Part shown: one piece after another, positions 9,215 to 19,985 of the stretch
Position numbering within the stretch: position 1 is the stretch's first letter
Layout of the letters: every line of letters starts with the position of its first letter
The notes under the pieces: generated by a model
Told to the model about the DNA's origin: nothing
Seen by the model: only the letters and a program-made list of their open reading frames with translations
Database searches by the model: none
Made by a program: the position numbers and the translations under genes
From: Kineococcus radiotolerans SRS30216 = ATCC BAA-149
GTDB lineage: Bacteria > Actinomycetota > Actinomycetes > Actinomycetales > Kineococcaceae
Assembly: GCF_000017305.1 (NCBI RefSeq)
Contig: NC_009664.2
Coordinates: 3,090,001 to 3,122,000 of the forward strand
DNA length: 32,000 bases
Direction: 5' to 3'

Positions 9215-9985
9215 GTGGAAGTTGTGGTCACCGGACGGCACACCGACGTCAAGGAGAGGTTCCGGCGCCACGTCGAGGACAAGCTGGAGAAGGTCGTCCA
9301 GTTCGCCCCGCGCGCCCAGCGCATCGACGTCGAACTGTCCCACGAGAACAACCGCCGCCAGGCGAGCAGTTCCGAACGCGTCGAGATCACGGTGCGGGAC
9401 AAGGGACCGGTGGTGCGGGCCGAGGCCTGCGCCGACGACCCCTACGCCGCCCTGGACCTCGCGACCACGAAGCTCTACGAGCGGTTGCGCCGTTCCCGCG
9501 ACCGGCGCAAGGTCCACCACGGCCGGCACCGGCCCACCTCGGTCCACCAGGCCACCGCCGGGTTGTCCGACGAGGCGCTGAGCGGGTACTTCGACCCCGA
9601 CCGCCCCCTCGCCGAGCAGGTCGAGCACGCCGACCACGACGCGAGCGGGGTGCCGACCCCGGCGGTGATGGCCGGCTCGAAGCCGCCGACGGCGGCACCC
9701 GCCGACGCCGAGGCCGCCGACGCCTCCCCGGTGGTCATCCGGGAGAAGACCCACGACGCCGTCCCGATGACCCTGGACCAGGCCCTCTACGAGATGGAGC
9801 TCGTCGGCCACGACTTCTACCTCTTCGTGGACGCCGCGACCGGCGCCCCGAGCGTGGTCTACCGCCGTCGCGGGTGGGACTACGGGGTGATCCACCTCGA
9901 CGTCCGCACCGACGAGGCGGGAGCGGAGGACCACCGCTCCGCCGGGGACGCGCTCGGCGCCGCCGTCGCGGCCGCCGTCCGCTGA
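9215..9985 (+). CDS. hpf: Long-form ribosome hibernation promoting factor
   Basis: GTG 9215 is preceded by GAGGGAGG (9201-9208). N-terminal RaiA/HPF fold (VVVTGRHTDVKERFRRHVEDKLEKV...VEITV) and C-terminal dimerisation domain (VVIREKTHDAVPMTLDQALYEMELVGHDFYLFVDAATGAPSVVYRRRGWDYGVIHL). Confidence 0.88.
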   Translation: MEVVVTGRHTDVKERFRRHVEDKLEKVVQFAPRAQRIDVELSHENNRRQASSSERVEITVRDKGPVVRAEACADDPYAALDLATTKLYERLRRSRDRRKVHHGRHRPTSVHQATAGLSDEALSGYFDPDRPLAEQVEHADHDASGVPTPAVMAGSKPPTAAPADAEAADASPVVIREKTHDAVPMTLDQALYEMELVGHDFYLFVDAATGAPSVVYRRRGWDYGVIHLDVRTDEAGAEDHRSAGDALGAAVAAAVR

Positions 9986-10118
9986 CCGCCGTCCGCTGAG
10001 CGCCGGGCCCGGGCGCCGCTCCCGCGAGGGGGTGGCGCCCGGTGCCGTCCGTGCCAAGATCGGGGACGCCGCGGCGTCGAGGGCGCAGCGGTCGCCACGA
10101 CGAGGGGACGACCACGCG

Positions 10119-10829
10119 ATGACGGATGCGACGACCGGCGCGAGCACCGGGGGCCGGGCGGGCGAGGCGATCCGGGTGATCGTCGTGGACGACCACTCGC
10201 TGTTCCGCCGCGGGCTGCAGATGGTGCTCTCCACCGAGGACGACATCGACGTCGTCGGCGAGGCCTCCGACGGCGCCGAGGCTCTGCGCCGCGTGGAGGA
10301 GCTCCTGCCCGACGTGGTGCTCATGGACGTGTGGATGCCGCGGCGCTCCGGCATCGACGCCTGCGCCGAGATCAAGGCGGCCGCCCCCTCCACGCGCATC
10401 ATCATGCTGACCTCCTCCGAGGAGGAGGAGGACCTCTTCGGCGCCGTCCGCGCCGGCGCCAACGGCTACCTGCTCAAGGACGTCCCCGCCGAGGAGGTCG
10501 CCGACGCCATCCGCGCCGTGGTGACCGGGCAGTCGCTCATCACCCCCAAGATGGCCGGGCTGCTGCTGGGCGAGTTCAACGCGATGCGCCGCCGCGACGA
10601 GGAGCGCAACCTCGGGCTGCCCGGCGCCCCGCGGCTGTCCCCGCGCGAGCTGGACGTGCTGCGCCTGCTGGCCCGCGGCATGGCCAACCGGGAGATCGCC
10701 GGGTCGCTGGGGATCAGCGAGAACACCGTCAAGAACCACGTCCGCAACATCCTGGAGAAGCTCCAGCTGCACTCGCGCATGGAGGCCGTCGTCTACGCCG
10801 TGCGGGAGAAGATCGTGGAGCTGTCGTGA
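10119..10829 (+). CDS. NarL/LuxR-family response regulator (no adjacent kinase)
   Basis: ATG 10119 follows GAGGGGA (10102-10108). Receiver residues [21 protein letters not shown] and GYLLKD. C-terminal Lux[47 protein letters not shown]. Confidence 0.88.
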   Translation: MTDATTGASTGGRAGEAIRVIVVDDHSLFRRGLQMVLSTEDDIDVVGEASDGAEALRRVEELLPDVVLMDVWMPRRSGIDACAEIKAAAPSTRIIMLTSSEEEEDLFGAVRAGANGYLLKDVPAEEVADAIRAVVTGQSLITPKMAGLLLGEFNAMRRRDEERNLGLPGAPRLSPRELDVLRLLARGMANREIAGSLGISENTVKNHVRNILEKLQLHSRMEAVVYAVREKIVELS

Positions 10830-12112
10830 CGGCGGGCCGCCCGGCCGTCCCGCCCGCGGTGGAGGAGATCACCGCCCGCCAGGCCCGGCGCGCCGCCCTC
10901 GCCGCGCAGGGCTTCAGCCGGCGGCGCCCCGCCACCGTCACCGCGGCCGGGGTCTCGCGGGTGCTCGACCGCCTGGGCGTCGTCCAGATCGACAGCGTCA
11001 ACGTCCTCTGCCGCAGCCACTACCTGCCCTTCTTCTCCCGCCTGGGTCCCTACTCCACCGACCTCGTGGACCGGGCCGCGAACCGCGGCCCGCGGCGGCT
11101 GGTCGAGTACTGGGCCCACGAGGCCAGCTACGTCGCCCCCGCCACCCACCGGCTGCTGCGCTGGCGGATGGACCGCGTCGCCGACGACGCCTGGGGCAGC
11201 GTGCGCAGCATCGCCACCGAGCGCCCCGACCTGCTGGAGGCCGTGGTGGAGCACGTCGCGGTGCACGGGCCCACCACCGCGCGACGGCTCGAGGCGGCCC
11301 TGACGCCGCAGGGCACCCGCCCCACCGAGCACTGGGGCTGGAACTGGTCCGACGTCAAGCGCGCCTGCGAGCACCTCTTCTTCGCCGGCCGCCTCTCCGC
11401 AGCCGGGCGGACCCGGCAGTTCGAGCGGCTCTACGACCTCACCGAGCGGGTCCTGCCCGCCGCGGTCGCCGCCCTCCCCGTCCCCGACCCCGCCGACGCC
11501 GTCCGCGAGCTGGTCCGGATCGCGGCCCGCGCCACCGGCGTCGCCACCGAGCCCAGCCTGCGCGACTACTTCCGCCTCAGCCCGCAGCGGTCCCGGACGG
11601 CGGTGGCCGAACTCGTCGAGGCCGGGGAGCTCGAACCCGTCCGGGTGCGGGGCTGGGCCGCGCACCGCCCGGCCTACCGGGTCCCGGGCACGCCCGCGCC
11701 CCGGGTGCGGGCCCGCGCGCTGCTCACCCCCTTCGACCCCCTGGTCTGGCACCGCGAGCGCACCCGGGAGCTGTTCGGCGTCGAGGTCCGGCTGGAGTTC
11801 TACGTGCCGCGCGAGCGCCGGGTCCACGGCTACTACGTGCTGCCCTTCCTGCTGGGGGAGGACGTCGTCGCCCGCGTGGACCTCAAGGCCGACCGGACCG
11901 CCCCCGCCCCGGACGGGACGGGACTGCTGCGGGTGGAGGCGTCCTGGGCCGAACCCGGCGCCCCGGCGGAGACCGCCGCCGAGCTCGCCGAGGAGCTGCA
12001 CGACCTCGCCGGCTGGCTGGGGCTGGCCGGCGTGGTGGTCGCCGAGCGGGGCGACCTGGCCCCCGCGCTGTCCCGCGCGGTGGCGGGGACGTTCCGGCGT
12101 TCGGGTCACTGA
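10826..12112 (+). CDS. YcaQ-like winged-helix protein (DUF1006; putative interstrand-crosslink DNA glycosylase family)
   Basis: GTG 10826 overlaps the regulator stop (GTGA). [16 protein letters not shown]...[27 protein letters not shown]...[11 protein letters not shown], and C-terminal [24 protein letters not shown]. Contains the Q-hydrophobic-D motif (QID, codons 10985-10993) reported for the YcaQ-like branch. Confidence 0.78.
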   Translation: MTAGRPAVPPAVEEITARQARRAALAAQGFSRRRPATVTAAGVSRVLDRLGVVQIDSVNVLCRSHYLPFFSRLGPYSTDLVDRAANRGPRRLVEYWAHEASYVAPATHRLLRWRMDRVADDAWGSVRSIATERPDLLEAVVEHVAVHGPTTARRLEAALTPQGTRPTEHWGWNWSDVKRACEHLFFAGRLSAAGRTRQFERLYDLTERVLPAAVAALPVPDPADAVRELVRIAARATGVATEPSLRDYFRLSPQRSRTAVAELVEAGELEPVRVRGWAAHRPAYRVPGTPAPRVRARALLTPFDPLVWHRERTRELFGVEVRLEFYVPRERRVHGYYVLPFLLGEDVVARVDLKADRTAPAPDGTGLLRVEASWAEPGAPAETAAELAEELHDLAGWLGLAGVVVAERGDLAPALSRAVAGTFRRSGH

Positions 12113-12159
12113 CGCGCGATCGCCTCAACATCACCTCCCCGCGGGCCGATCCAGCACTC

Positions 12160-14751
12160 GTGGACCTCGCCGCCCTCTCGCCCGACCAGCTCGGGCACGC
12201 CAGCGCTCTGCTCGAGCACGTGCTCACCGAGCTGAGCGCGGGGACCAGCGAGCGCGACGTGCTGACCCGGGCCGCGACCCTCGTCGCCGACCTCGTCGAC
12301 GCCGACGTCGTCGCGGTGTGCGAAGGCGCGCACGTGCACGGCGGGGTCGGCCTCGGGCAGCGGTTCCTGCCCGAGCGCGGCCTGGCCCGCGTCGTCCGCG
12401 ACGGCGGGGGGTCCTTCGCGGTGCCGGGCCTGGGCCGGGTCCGCGCCACCGTCGTCGCGGTGCCGGCCCTGTCCGGGGTCCACCTGGTCGTGGGCCGGGT
12501 CGAGGGCGCCGCCGAACCCGGGACCACCCTCACCACCACCGCCCTCGTCGCCCGCGTCCTGGGCCTGGTCGTCCTGAGCCGGCACGGGCGCGAGCGCGAG
12601 CGCTGGCACCGCCAGCAGGGGGCCCGGGGCGCCGCCGAGCGCGGCCGGCTGCAGCAGGCCCTGCGCCAGCGCGAGCAGGTCCTCACCACCTCGGTCCGCT
12701 TCCAGCGCGCGGTCTCCAGCCGCCGCCCGCTGCCGGAGCTGCTGCTGCAGATCGCCGCCAGCTCCTCCGAGCTCATGGACGGGCGCGCCGTCACCCTCGT
12801 CCTGGCCGACCCCCGCTCGCGGATGGAGATGCGCGTGGTCGCCGCCGTCGGCGAGCCGCAGCTGGACCCCGGGCTGGCGCTGGCCGCGACGGCGGCCCTG
12901 GGCGGGTTCGGGGTGGCGGTCGGCGACGAGCGCACCCCGGCGGCCGCGGCCGTGCACATCAACGGCCGCAGCGTGGGGGCGCTGGTCCTGGACACCCTCG
13001 GCAGCGGCTCCCTCGACCCGGTGGGGGCGACGGTGCTGCGCGCCTTCGCCGAGCACGCCAGCATGGCGCTCAGCCACGCCGACACCGTGCGCGCCGTCGA
13101 GGCCGCCTCCTCGGACCCGCTGACCAACCTGCCCAACCGCGCGGCCCTGCTGCGCCACCTCGAGGTCGCGCTGCGCGTCACCGAGGCCGACGGGGTGGGC
13201 ACCGCGGTGCTGTTCATCGACCTCAACGGGTTCAAGCAGGTCAACGACTCCCTCGGCCACGCCGCCGGCGACGAGGTCCTGTCCCGGGTGGCCCGCCGGC
13301 TGCGCCGCTGCCTGCGCGGGGACGACCTCGCCGCCCGGCTCGGCGGGGACGAGTTCGCCCTCGTCGTGCGCGACGTGGAGCCGGCGCGCGCCGCGGCCCG
13401 CATCGCCGCGCGGGTGCAGGCCGACGTGGCGATGCCCCTGGAGACCCACGGCCGCACCGTCCGCGTGGGCGCGAGCATCGGCATCGCCGTCGCCGAGAGC
13501 GGGGTGGGGGCCGCGGAGATGCTGCGCCGGGCCGACAGCGCGATGTACCGCGCCAAGGCCGAGTCGCGGACGGGGTCCCCCGCGCCCTCCGCCGAGGCGA
13601 CCGACGGCTCGCTGACGGGTCGCGTCGTCCTGTTCGAGGCCGACATGCACGACGTGGACCGGCTGCGCCGCCGGCTCGAGCACGACCTGCTCTCCGCCGT
13701 CACCGGGGAGGAGTTCGAGCTGGTCTACCAGCCGATCGTCCGCCTCGGCGACGGCGCGGTCGTGGGCGCGGAGGCCCTGCTGCGCTGGCGCCACGGCACC
13801 CGCGGGCTGCTGGAGCCGGGTGCGTTCCTCGCCGGCGCCGAGCGCTCCCCGGCGGTGGAGGAGCTGTGGCGGTGGGTCTTGCGCACCGCCTGCGCGCAGG
13901 CCGCGCTGTGGCGCGAGCAGGTCCCGGACCTGTCGATCACCGTCAACCTCTCCGCGGCGCACGTCATGACCCGCGGGGTCGCCGACGACGTCCGCCGGGC
14001 CCTGACCGCGGCGTCGCTGGACCCGACGGCCCTCGTCCTGGACGTCCCCGCCGACCTGCTCGCCGAGGACCCCGACGTCCTCGTCGCCCGCCTGAGGAAG
14101 CTGCGCGCCACCGGGGCGCGGATCCTGCTCGACGACTTCGCCACCCTGCGCCCCGACGGCGGGGTCCTCGCCGGGCACTCGCTGGCCCCGCTGCGCCAGC
14201 TGCCGGTGGACGGGGTGAAGCTGGACCGCACCCTCGTCGCCGAGATCGACGGCCCCGACGGCGTCGACGCGCTGGCCGCGGTCCGGACGCTGTGCGAGCT
14301 GGGCGCCGCCCTCGACCTGGGGGTCGTGGCGGAGGGCGTGGAGCGCGCCGAGCAGGTCCTGCTGCTCCAGGAGGCCGGCTGCACCGTCGGCCAGGGCGTC
14401 CTGCTGGGCGCGCCGCGCTCGGTGGAGGAGCTGGGCTCGGACCTCGCCGCCGGCGAGCTGGGCCCGGTCGAGCCCGGGGTCGCCGTCCCCGCGCTCGCGG
14501 ACCTCGTCGAGCTCGTCGGCGCCCCGGGGGCGCACCCCGAGGCGGGCGGGCCGGAGCCGGGGCTCCCGCTGAGCGCCGCGGAGCTGTTCGCGCGGGAGTT
14601 CGGGCCGGTGGGGGTGGCCCGGGAGGGGGCCGTGGCCCTCCCGGCCCCTCCCGCCGCGGGGCCCGCCGGCGCCCCGGGGAGCCCGGTCCCGGTGCCCATC
14701 AGCGGCGTGCGGCCCACCGACCTGCGCCGGATGCTGGACCGCTCGCGCTGA
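12160..14751 (+). CDS. GAF-GGDEF-EAL cyclic-di-GMP signalling protein
   Basis: 863 aa. N-terminal GAF-like regions. GGDEF domain with intact RLGGDEFALV (13342-13356) and I-site RGDD five residues upstream. EAL domain with EALLRW (13771-13779), NLS, KLD, EGVE and QG. Ala/Pro/Gly-rich C-terminal tail. Confidence 0.88.
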   Translation: MDLAALSPDQLGHASALLEHVLTELSAGTSERDVLTRAATLVADLVDADVVAVCEGAHVHGGVGLGQRFLPERGLARVVRDGGGSFAVPGLGRVRATVVAVPALSGVHLVVGRVEGAAEPGTTLTTTALVARVLGLVVLSRHGRERERWHRQQGARGAAERGRLQQALRQREQVLTTSVRFQRAVSSRRPLPELLLQIAASSSELMDGRAVTLVLADPRSRMEMRVVAAVGEPQLDPGLALAATAALGGFGVAVGDERTPAAAAVHINGRSVGALVLDTLGSGSLDPVGATVLRAFAEHASMALSHADTVRAVEAASSDPLTNLPNRAALLRHLEVALRVTEADGVGTAVLFIDLNGFKQVNDSLGHAAGDEVLSRVARRLRRCLRGDDLAARLGGDEFALVVRDVEPARAAARIAARVQADVAMPLETHGRTVRVGASIGIAVAESGVGAAEMLRRADSAMYRAKAESRTGSPAPSAEATDGSLTGRVVLFEADMHDVDRLRRRLEHDLLSAVTGEEFELVYQPIVRLGDGAVVGAEALLRWRHGTRGLLEPGAFLAGAERSPAVEELWRWVLRTACAQAALWREQVPDLSITVNLSAAHVMTRGVADDVRRALTAASLDPTALVLDVPADLLAEDPDVLVARLRKLRATGARILLDDFATLRPDGGVLAGHSLAPLRQLPVDGVKLDRTLVAEIDGPDGVDALAAVRTLCELGAALDLGVVAEGVERAEQVLLLQEAGCTVGQGVLLGAPRSVEELGSDLAAGELGPVEPGVAVPALADLVELVGAPGAHPEAGGPEPGLPLSAAELFAREFGPVGVAREGAVALPAPPAAGPAGAPGSPVPVPISGVRPTDLRRMLDRSR

Positions 14752-14813
14752 GCGGCCCCTCCGTCGCGGCGGGTGGCTCCCCGTGCGTTCACCGTCACCC
14801 GCGGTCGCGCCGC

Positions 14814-14825
14814 TAGAGTGAAGGG

Positions 14826-14826
<1 letters not shown>
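14814..14826 (+). promoter_or_regulatory. Candidate leaderless secA promoter: -10 TAGAGT, then N6, then GTG start
   Basis: TAGAGT at 14814-14819, 6-nt spacer, GTG at 14826. The hexamer contains an in-frame TAG, so 14826 is the first possible start. There is no room for a spaced Shine-Dalgarno sequence. Confidence 0.45.
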
Positions 14827-17513
<2,687 letters not shown>

Positions 17514-17531
17514 CCCCACCGGGCGGGCGGG

Positions 17532-18074
17532 TCACCCCAGTTCGAGGGCGGTGACCCGCCAGCGCTCCCCGGAGCGGTCGGTGCTGCGGTCGACGCGCAG
17601 GGCGACGGCGCGCACGCGGTCGCCGTCCTGCAGCACGCCGCCGACCTCGGCGACGCCGTCCCGGGGGAAGGACACCCGCAGCGACACCACGCGCGCGGGG
17701 CGCACGGTCCGGCCGGTGCGGGTGCGCAGCCTCGCCCGCAGGGCCGTCCGGCGCTGCACCCCGGCGTAGATGTCGGCGCTGGACCAGCGCAGCAGCTGCT
17801 GGGGCGGTCGCTGCCCGGCGAGGACCTCCAGCATCACCACGAGGTAGCGGCGCGTCCACGCCGTGACCTCGGGCAGTTCCGCCGGGGGCAGCAGCCGCGG
17901 GTCGACGAGGACGAGCTCGAGCACCCCCTGGTCGGGGTCGAGGTGGGTCAGGACGGGTCCTTCGGGCCCGAAGGCGTCCTCGCGCTCGTCGACGTAGGGC
18001 GGCAGGCCGTAGGGCAGCGGCACCCGCCCCGTGCCCGGGGGTTCGTCGAGCAGAGCGGCGGTGGAGCTGGTCAC
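17532..18074 (-). CDS. Rv3235-family protein
   Basis: Frame of track ORF 17532..18893, trimmed to GTG 18074-18072, preceded by AGGAGA about 7 nt upstream. The motif YLVVMLEVLAGQRPPQQLLRWSSADIYAGVQRR is typical of proteins named Rv3235 family. Located next to secA, as in other actinobacteria. Confidence 0.7.
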   Translation of the reverse strand: MTSSTAALLDEPPGTGRVPLPYGLPPYVDEREDAFGPEGPVLTHLDPDQGVLELVLVDPRLLPPAELPEVTAWTRRYLVVMLEVLAGQRPPQQLLRWSSADIYAGVQRRTALRARLRTRTGRTVRPARVVSLRVSFPRDGVAEVGGVLQDGDRVRAVALRVDRSTDRSGERWRVTALELG

Positions 18075-18121
18075 GCGGGGTCTCCTGGGTCGTGGGTGGT
18101 GCGGGGGAGGGGCGGGGGGAG

Positions 18122-18811
18122 TCAGGTCAGGCGCAGGACCTGACCGGGCAGCAGCAGGTCGGGGTCCTCGCCGATGACGTCGAGGTTGGCGGCGTGGAGG
18201 CGCTGCTGCTCGGCCGCGATCTCGCCGGGGTCGGCGCCGGGGCCGCAGCGCGCCGAGGCCAGCGACCAGAGGGTGTCGCCGCGGTGGACGACGACCTCGG
18301 ACCCGCCGGTGCGGTCGGGGGCCGCGGGGCGGGGGACCGTCGGGATGAGGGGTGCCCAGCCCGGGTCGGGCAGCGCGGCGGGTGCGGCCGCGCCCGGGGC
18401 GGCCGGGGCGCTGGCCGCCCAGCCGAGCTCGGGGGCGGCGGTGGCGGCTCCGCGTTCGGCCGCCCCGGCGGACAGGGCCGTCGAACCGAGCAGGACGCCG
18501 ACGACCAGGGCGACGAGGCGGCGGACGAGCCGGGGCACCCCGGGCAGTTCGCGGGTCCGTCGGCGCGGGTGCCGGCGGGCGCGGACCTCGTCCGCGGTGG
18601 CCAGCAGGACCGTGACGGCCAGCCAGGCGAGCAGGAGCGCGCCGGCGGTGGAGCAGCCGGCCACCAGGAGGTCGGGGACGGAGGCCGTCCCGGCGCGGGC
18701 GGTGCCCAGCGCCGGTGCGGCGAGGGCGAGCAGCCCGGCCCCGGCCAGTGCGGGCACCCCGGCCAGCAGCAGTCCGACGGCGAGCGTGAGCAGGTGGCGC
18801 GAGCAGCGCAC
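18122..18811 (-). CDS. Membrane-anchored LysM-domain protein
   Basis: 229 aa, GTG start with GGAGGA upstream. Hydrophobic N-terminal spans, an Ala/Pro-rich linker and a C-terminal LysM-like block VVVHRGDTLWSLA...IAAEQQRLHAANLDVIGEDPDLLLPGQVLRL. Confidence 0.72.
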   Translation of the reverse strand: MRCSRHLLTLAVGLLLAGVPALAGAGLLALAAPALGTARAGTASVPDLLVAGCSTAGALLLAWLAVTVLLATADEVRARRHPRRRTRELPGVPRLVRRLVALVVGVLLGSTALSAGAAERGAATAAPELGWAASAPAAPGAAAPAALPDPGWAPLIPTVPRPAAPDRTGGSEVVVHRGDTLWSLASARCGPGADPGEIAAEQQRLHAANLDVIGEDPDLLLPGQVLRLT

Positions 18812-19013
18812 GTGGACCGTCCTCCGTGTGGGTGAGCACTCTTGAACCCGTTGGAGGCTCTTCGGTGTCGTTTGGTGTCGTTTGGTGCGCCATGTCTAGC
18901 GATCACCTGGGCGCAGAGCCAGCGAGTCGGGGGACATGCGCCCGATCGGGCGGTGCTGCTTGACGGTGGGTGAATCCGGGTGACGCACGGGGGGACGGAG
19001 GGTGCCCGGCCCG

Positions 19014-19026
19014 TAGCGTTGAGCCG
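19014..19026 (+). promoter_or_regulatory. Candidate leaderless promoter: -10 TAGCGT, then N6, then GTG start
   Basis: TAGCGT at 19014-19019, 6-nt spacer, GTG at 19026. An in-frame TGA at 19020-19022 excludes any upstream start, and no purine-rich Shine-Dalgarno sequence is present. Confidence 0.4.
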
Positions 19027-19556
19027 TGCGCTGGGACGACCTCTTCGAGGACCTGACGGGTCAGGCCGAGCACGCTGAGCGGCTCCAGCGGGACGAGGAG
19101 GTCTTCGACCGCATCCGGCGCGACGAGGCCACGGTGGCGCTGGTGGACCGCGTCCGGGCGGGCGGGGACCTCGTCCTCGTCCTGCGCGACGGTTCCCGCG
19201 TCGCCGGCCGGCTCGCCGGGGCCGGCCCGGACTGGTTCCTGCTCCAGGAGGAGTGGGCCCGGCGGCAGGTCCTGGTGCCGGCGGCGGCGGTCAGCGCGGT
19301 CCGCGGCGCCCCGGCGCGCAGCGCGGCGCCGTGGGGCCCGGTCGCGGCGCGGCGGACGCTGCTGATGGCCGTCCGGGCCCTGGCCCGGGCGGAGGAGCCG
19401 GTGCTCGTGCGCGCGGTCGCCCTCGACGTGCGCGGCAGGATCGGCCGGGTCGGGTCGGACCACCTCGACGTCCTCGTCGAGGTGGGGAGGGGCGCGGGGG
19501 AGGGGCCGGTCTCGATCCCCTTCGCGGCGCTGCTCAGCGTCGCCGAGCTGGGCTGA
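19026..19556 (+). CDS. Conserved actinobacterial hypothetical protein with internal duplication
   Basis: 176 aa with strong third-position GC bias. An N-terminal helix WDDLFEDLTGQAEHAERLQRDEEVFDRIRRDE is followed by two similar beta-rich modules. No recognisable catalytic motif. Confidence 0.65.
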   Translation: MRWDDLFEDLTGQAEHAERLQRDEEVFDRIRRDEATVALVDRVRAGGDLVLVLRDGSRVAGRLAGAGPDWFLLQEEWARRQVLVPAAAVSAVRGAPARSAAPWGPVAARRTLLMAVRALARAEEPVLVRAVALDVRGRIGRVGSDHLDVLVEVGRGAGEGPVSIPFAALLSVAELG

Positions 19557-19567
19557 ACCCCGGGTGG

Positions 19568-19795
19568 TCAGGCCTGGTCGGTGAGGTGGTCCTCGCCGGC
19601 GAGGACGCTCTCCCGGGTCTGGGCGTACATGCGCTGGATGTAGTCCTCGAGCTCGGACTCCTCGACGCGCCACTGCCCGCGGCCACCGACCTTGATGGCG
19701 CGCAGTTCACCCGTCCGGACCAGGGCGTAGGCCTGGGCCGAGGAGATCGCGAGCGTCTCGGCGACGTCCGCGAGCGGGACGAATCGGGCGGGCAC
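19568..19795 (-). CDS. Small excisionase/MerR-type helix-turn-helix DNA-binding protein
   Basis: Frame of track ORF 19568..20248, trimmed to GTG 19795-19793 with AGGAG 5 nt upstream (19801-19805). 75 aa: FVPLADVAETLAISSAQAYALVRTGELRAIKVGGRGQWRVEESELEDYI. Confidence 0.75.
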   Translation of the reverse strand: MPARFVPLADVAETLAISSAQAYALVRTGELRAIKVGGRGQWRVEESELEDYIQRMYAQTRESVLAGEDHLTDQA

Positions 19796-19985
19796 GGGGG
19801 CTCCTGGGGGCTGGATCGGGGGCAGGGCTGCCCGGTGCCCGCATCCTCGCACGACGTCCGTCCTGCGCATCGGCCGTTCGGGTGGCCTGTGGACGACGGT
19901 CCCCGGGCGTCCCCCGGGCACCGCACCATGGCTTCCGACCACCGCACGTCCGCCCGGCCGTGCGCCCGGGAGCGACGGAGGACCA

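Noticed and set aside
18915-19022. Plus-strand fragments resembling the ydaO (c-di-AMP) riboswitch (GTCGGGGGAC, GGGTGAATCC, CCCGGCCCGTAGCGTT) in the LysM-adjacent gap. This riboswitch often precedes cell-wall hydrolase or LysM genes in actinobacteria.
   Set aside because: The highly conserved CAGCUAACCUCGUAAGCG segment is missing, and I could not form the closing P1 helix. The fragments are also on the strand opposite to the LysM gene, and the 3' part coincides with the TAGCGT -10 candidate. A cmsearch with Rfam ydaO-yuaA would be decisive.
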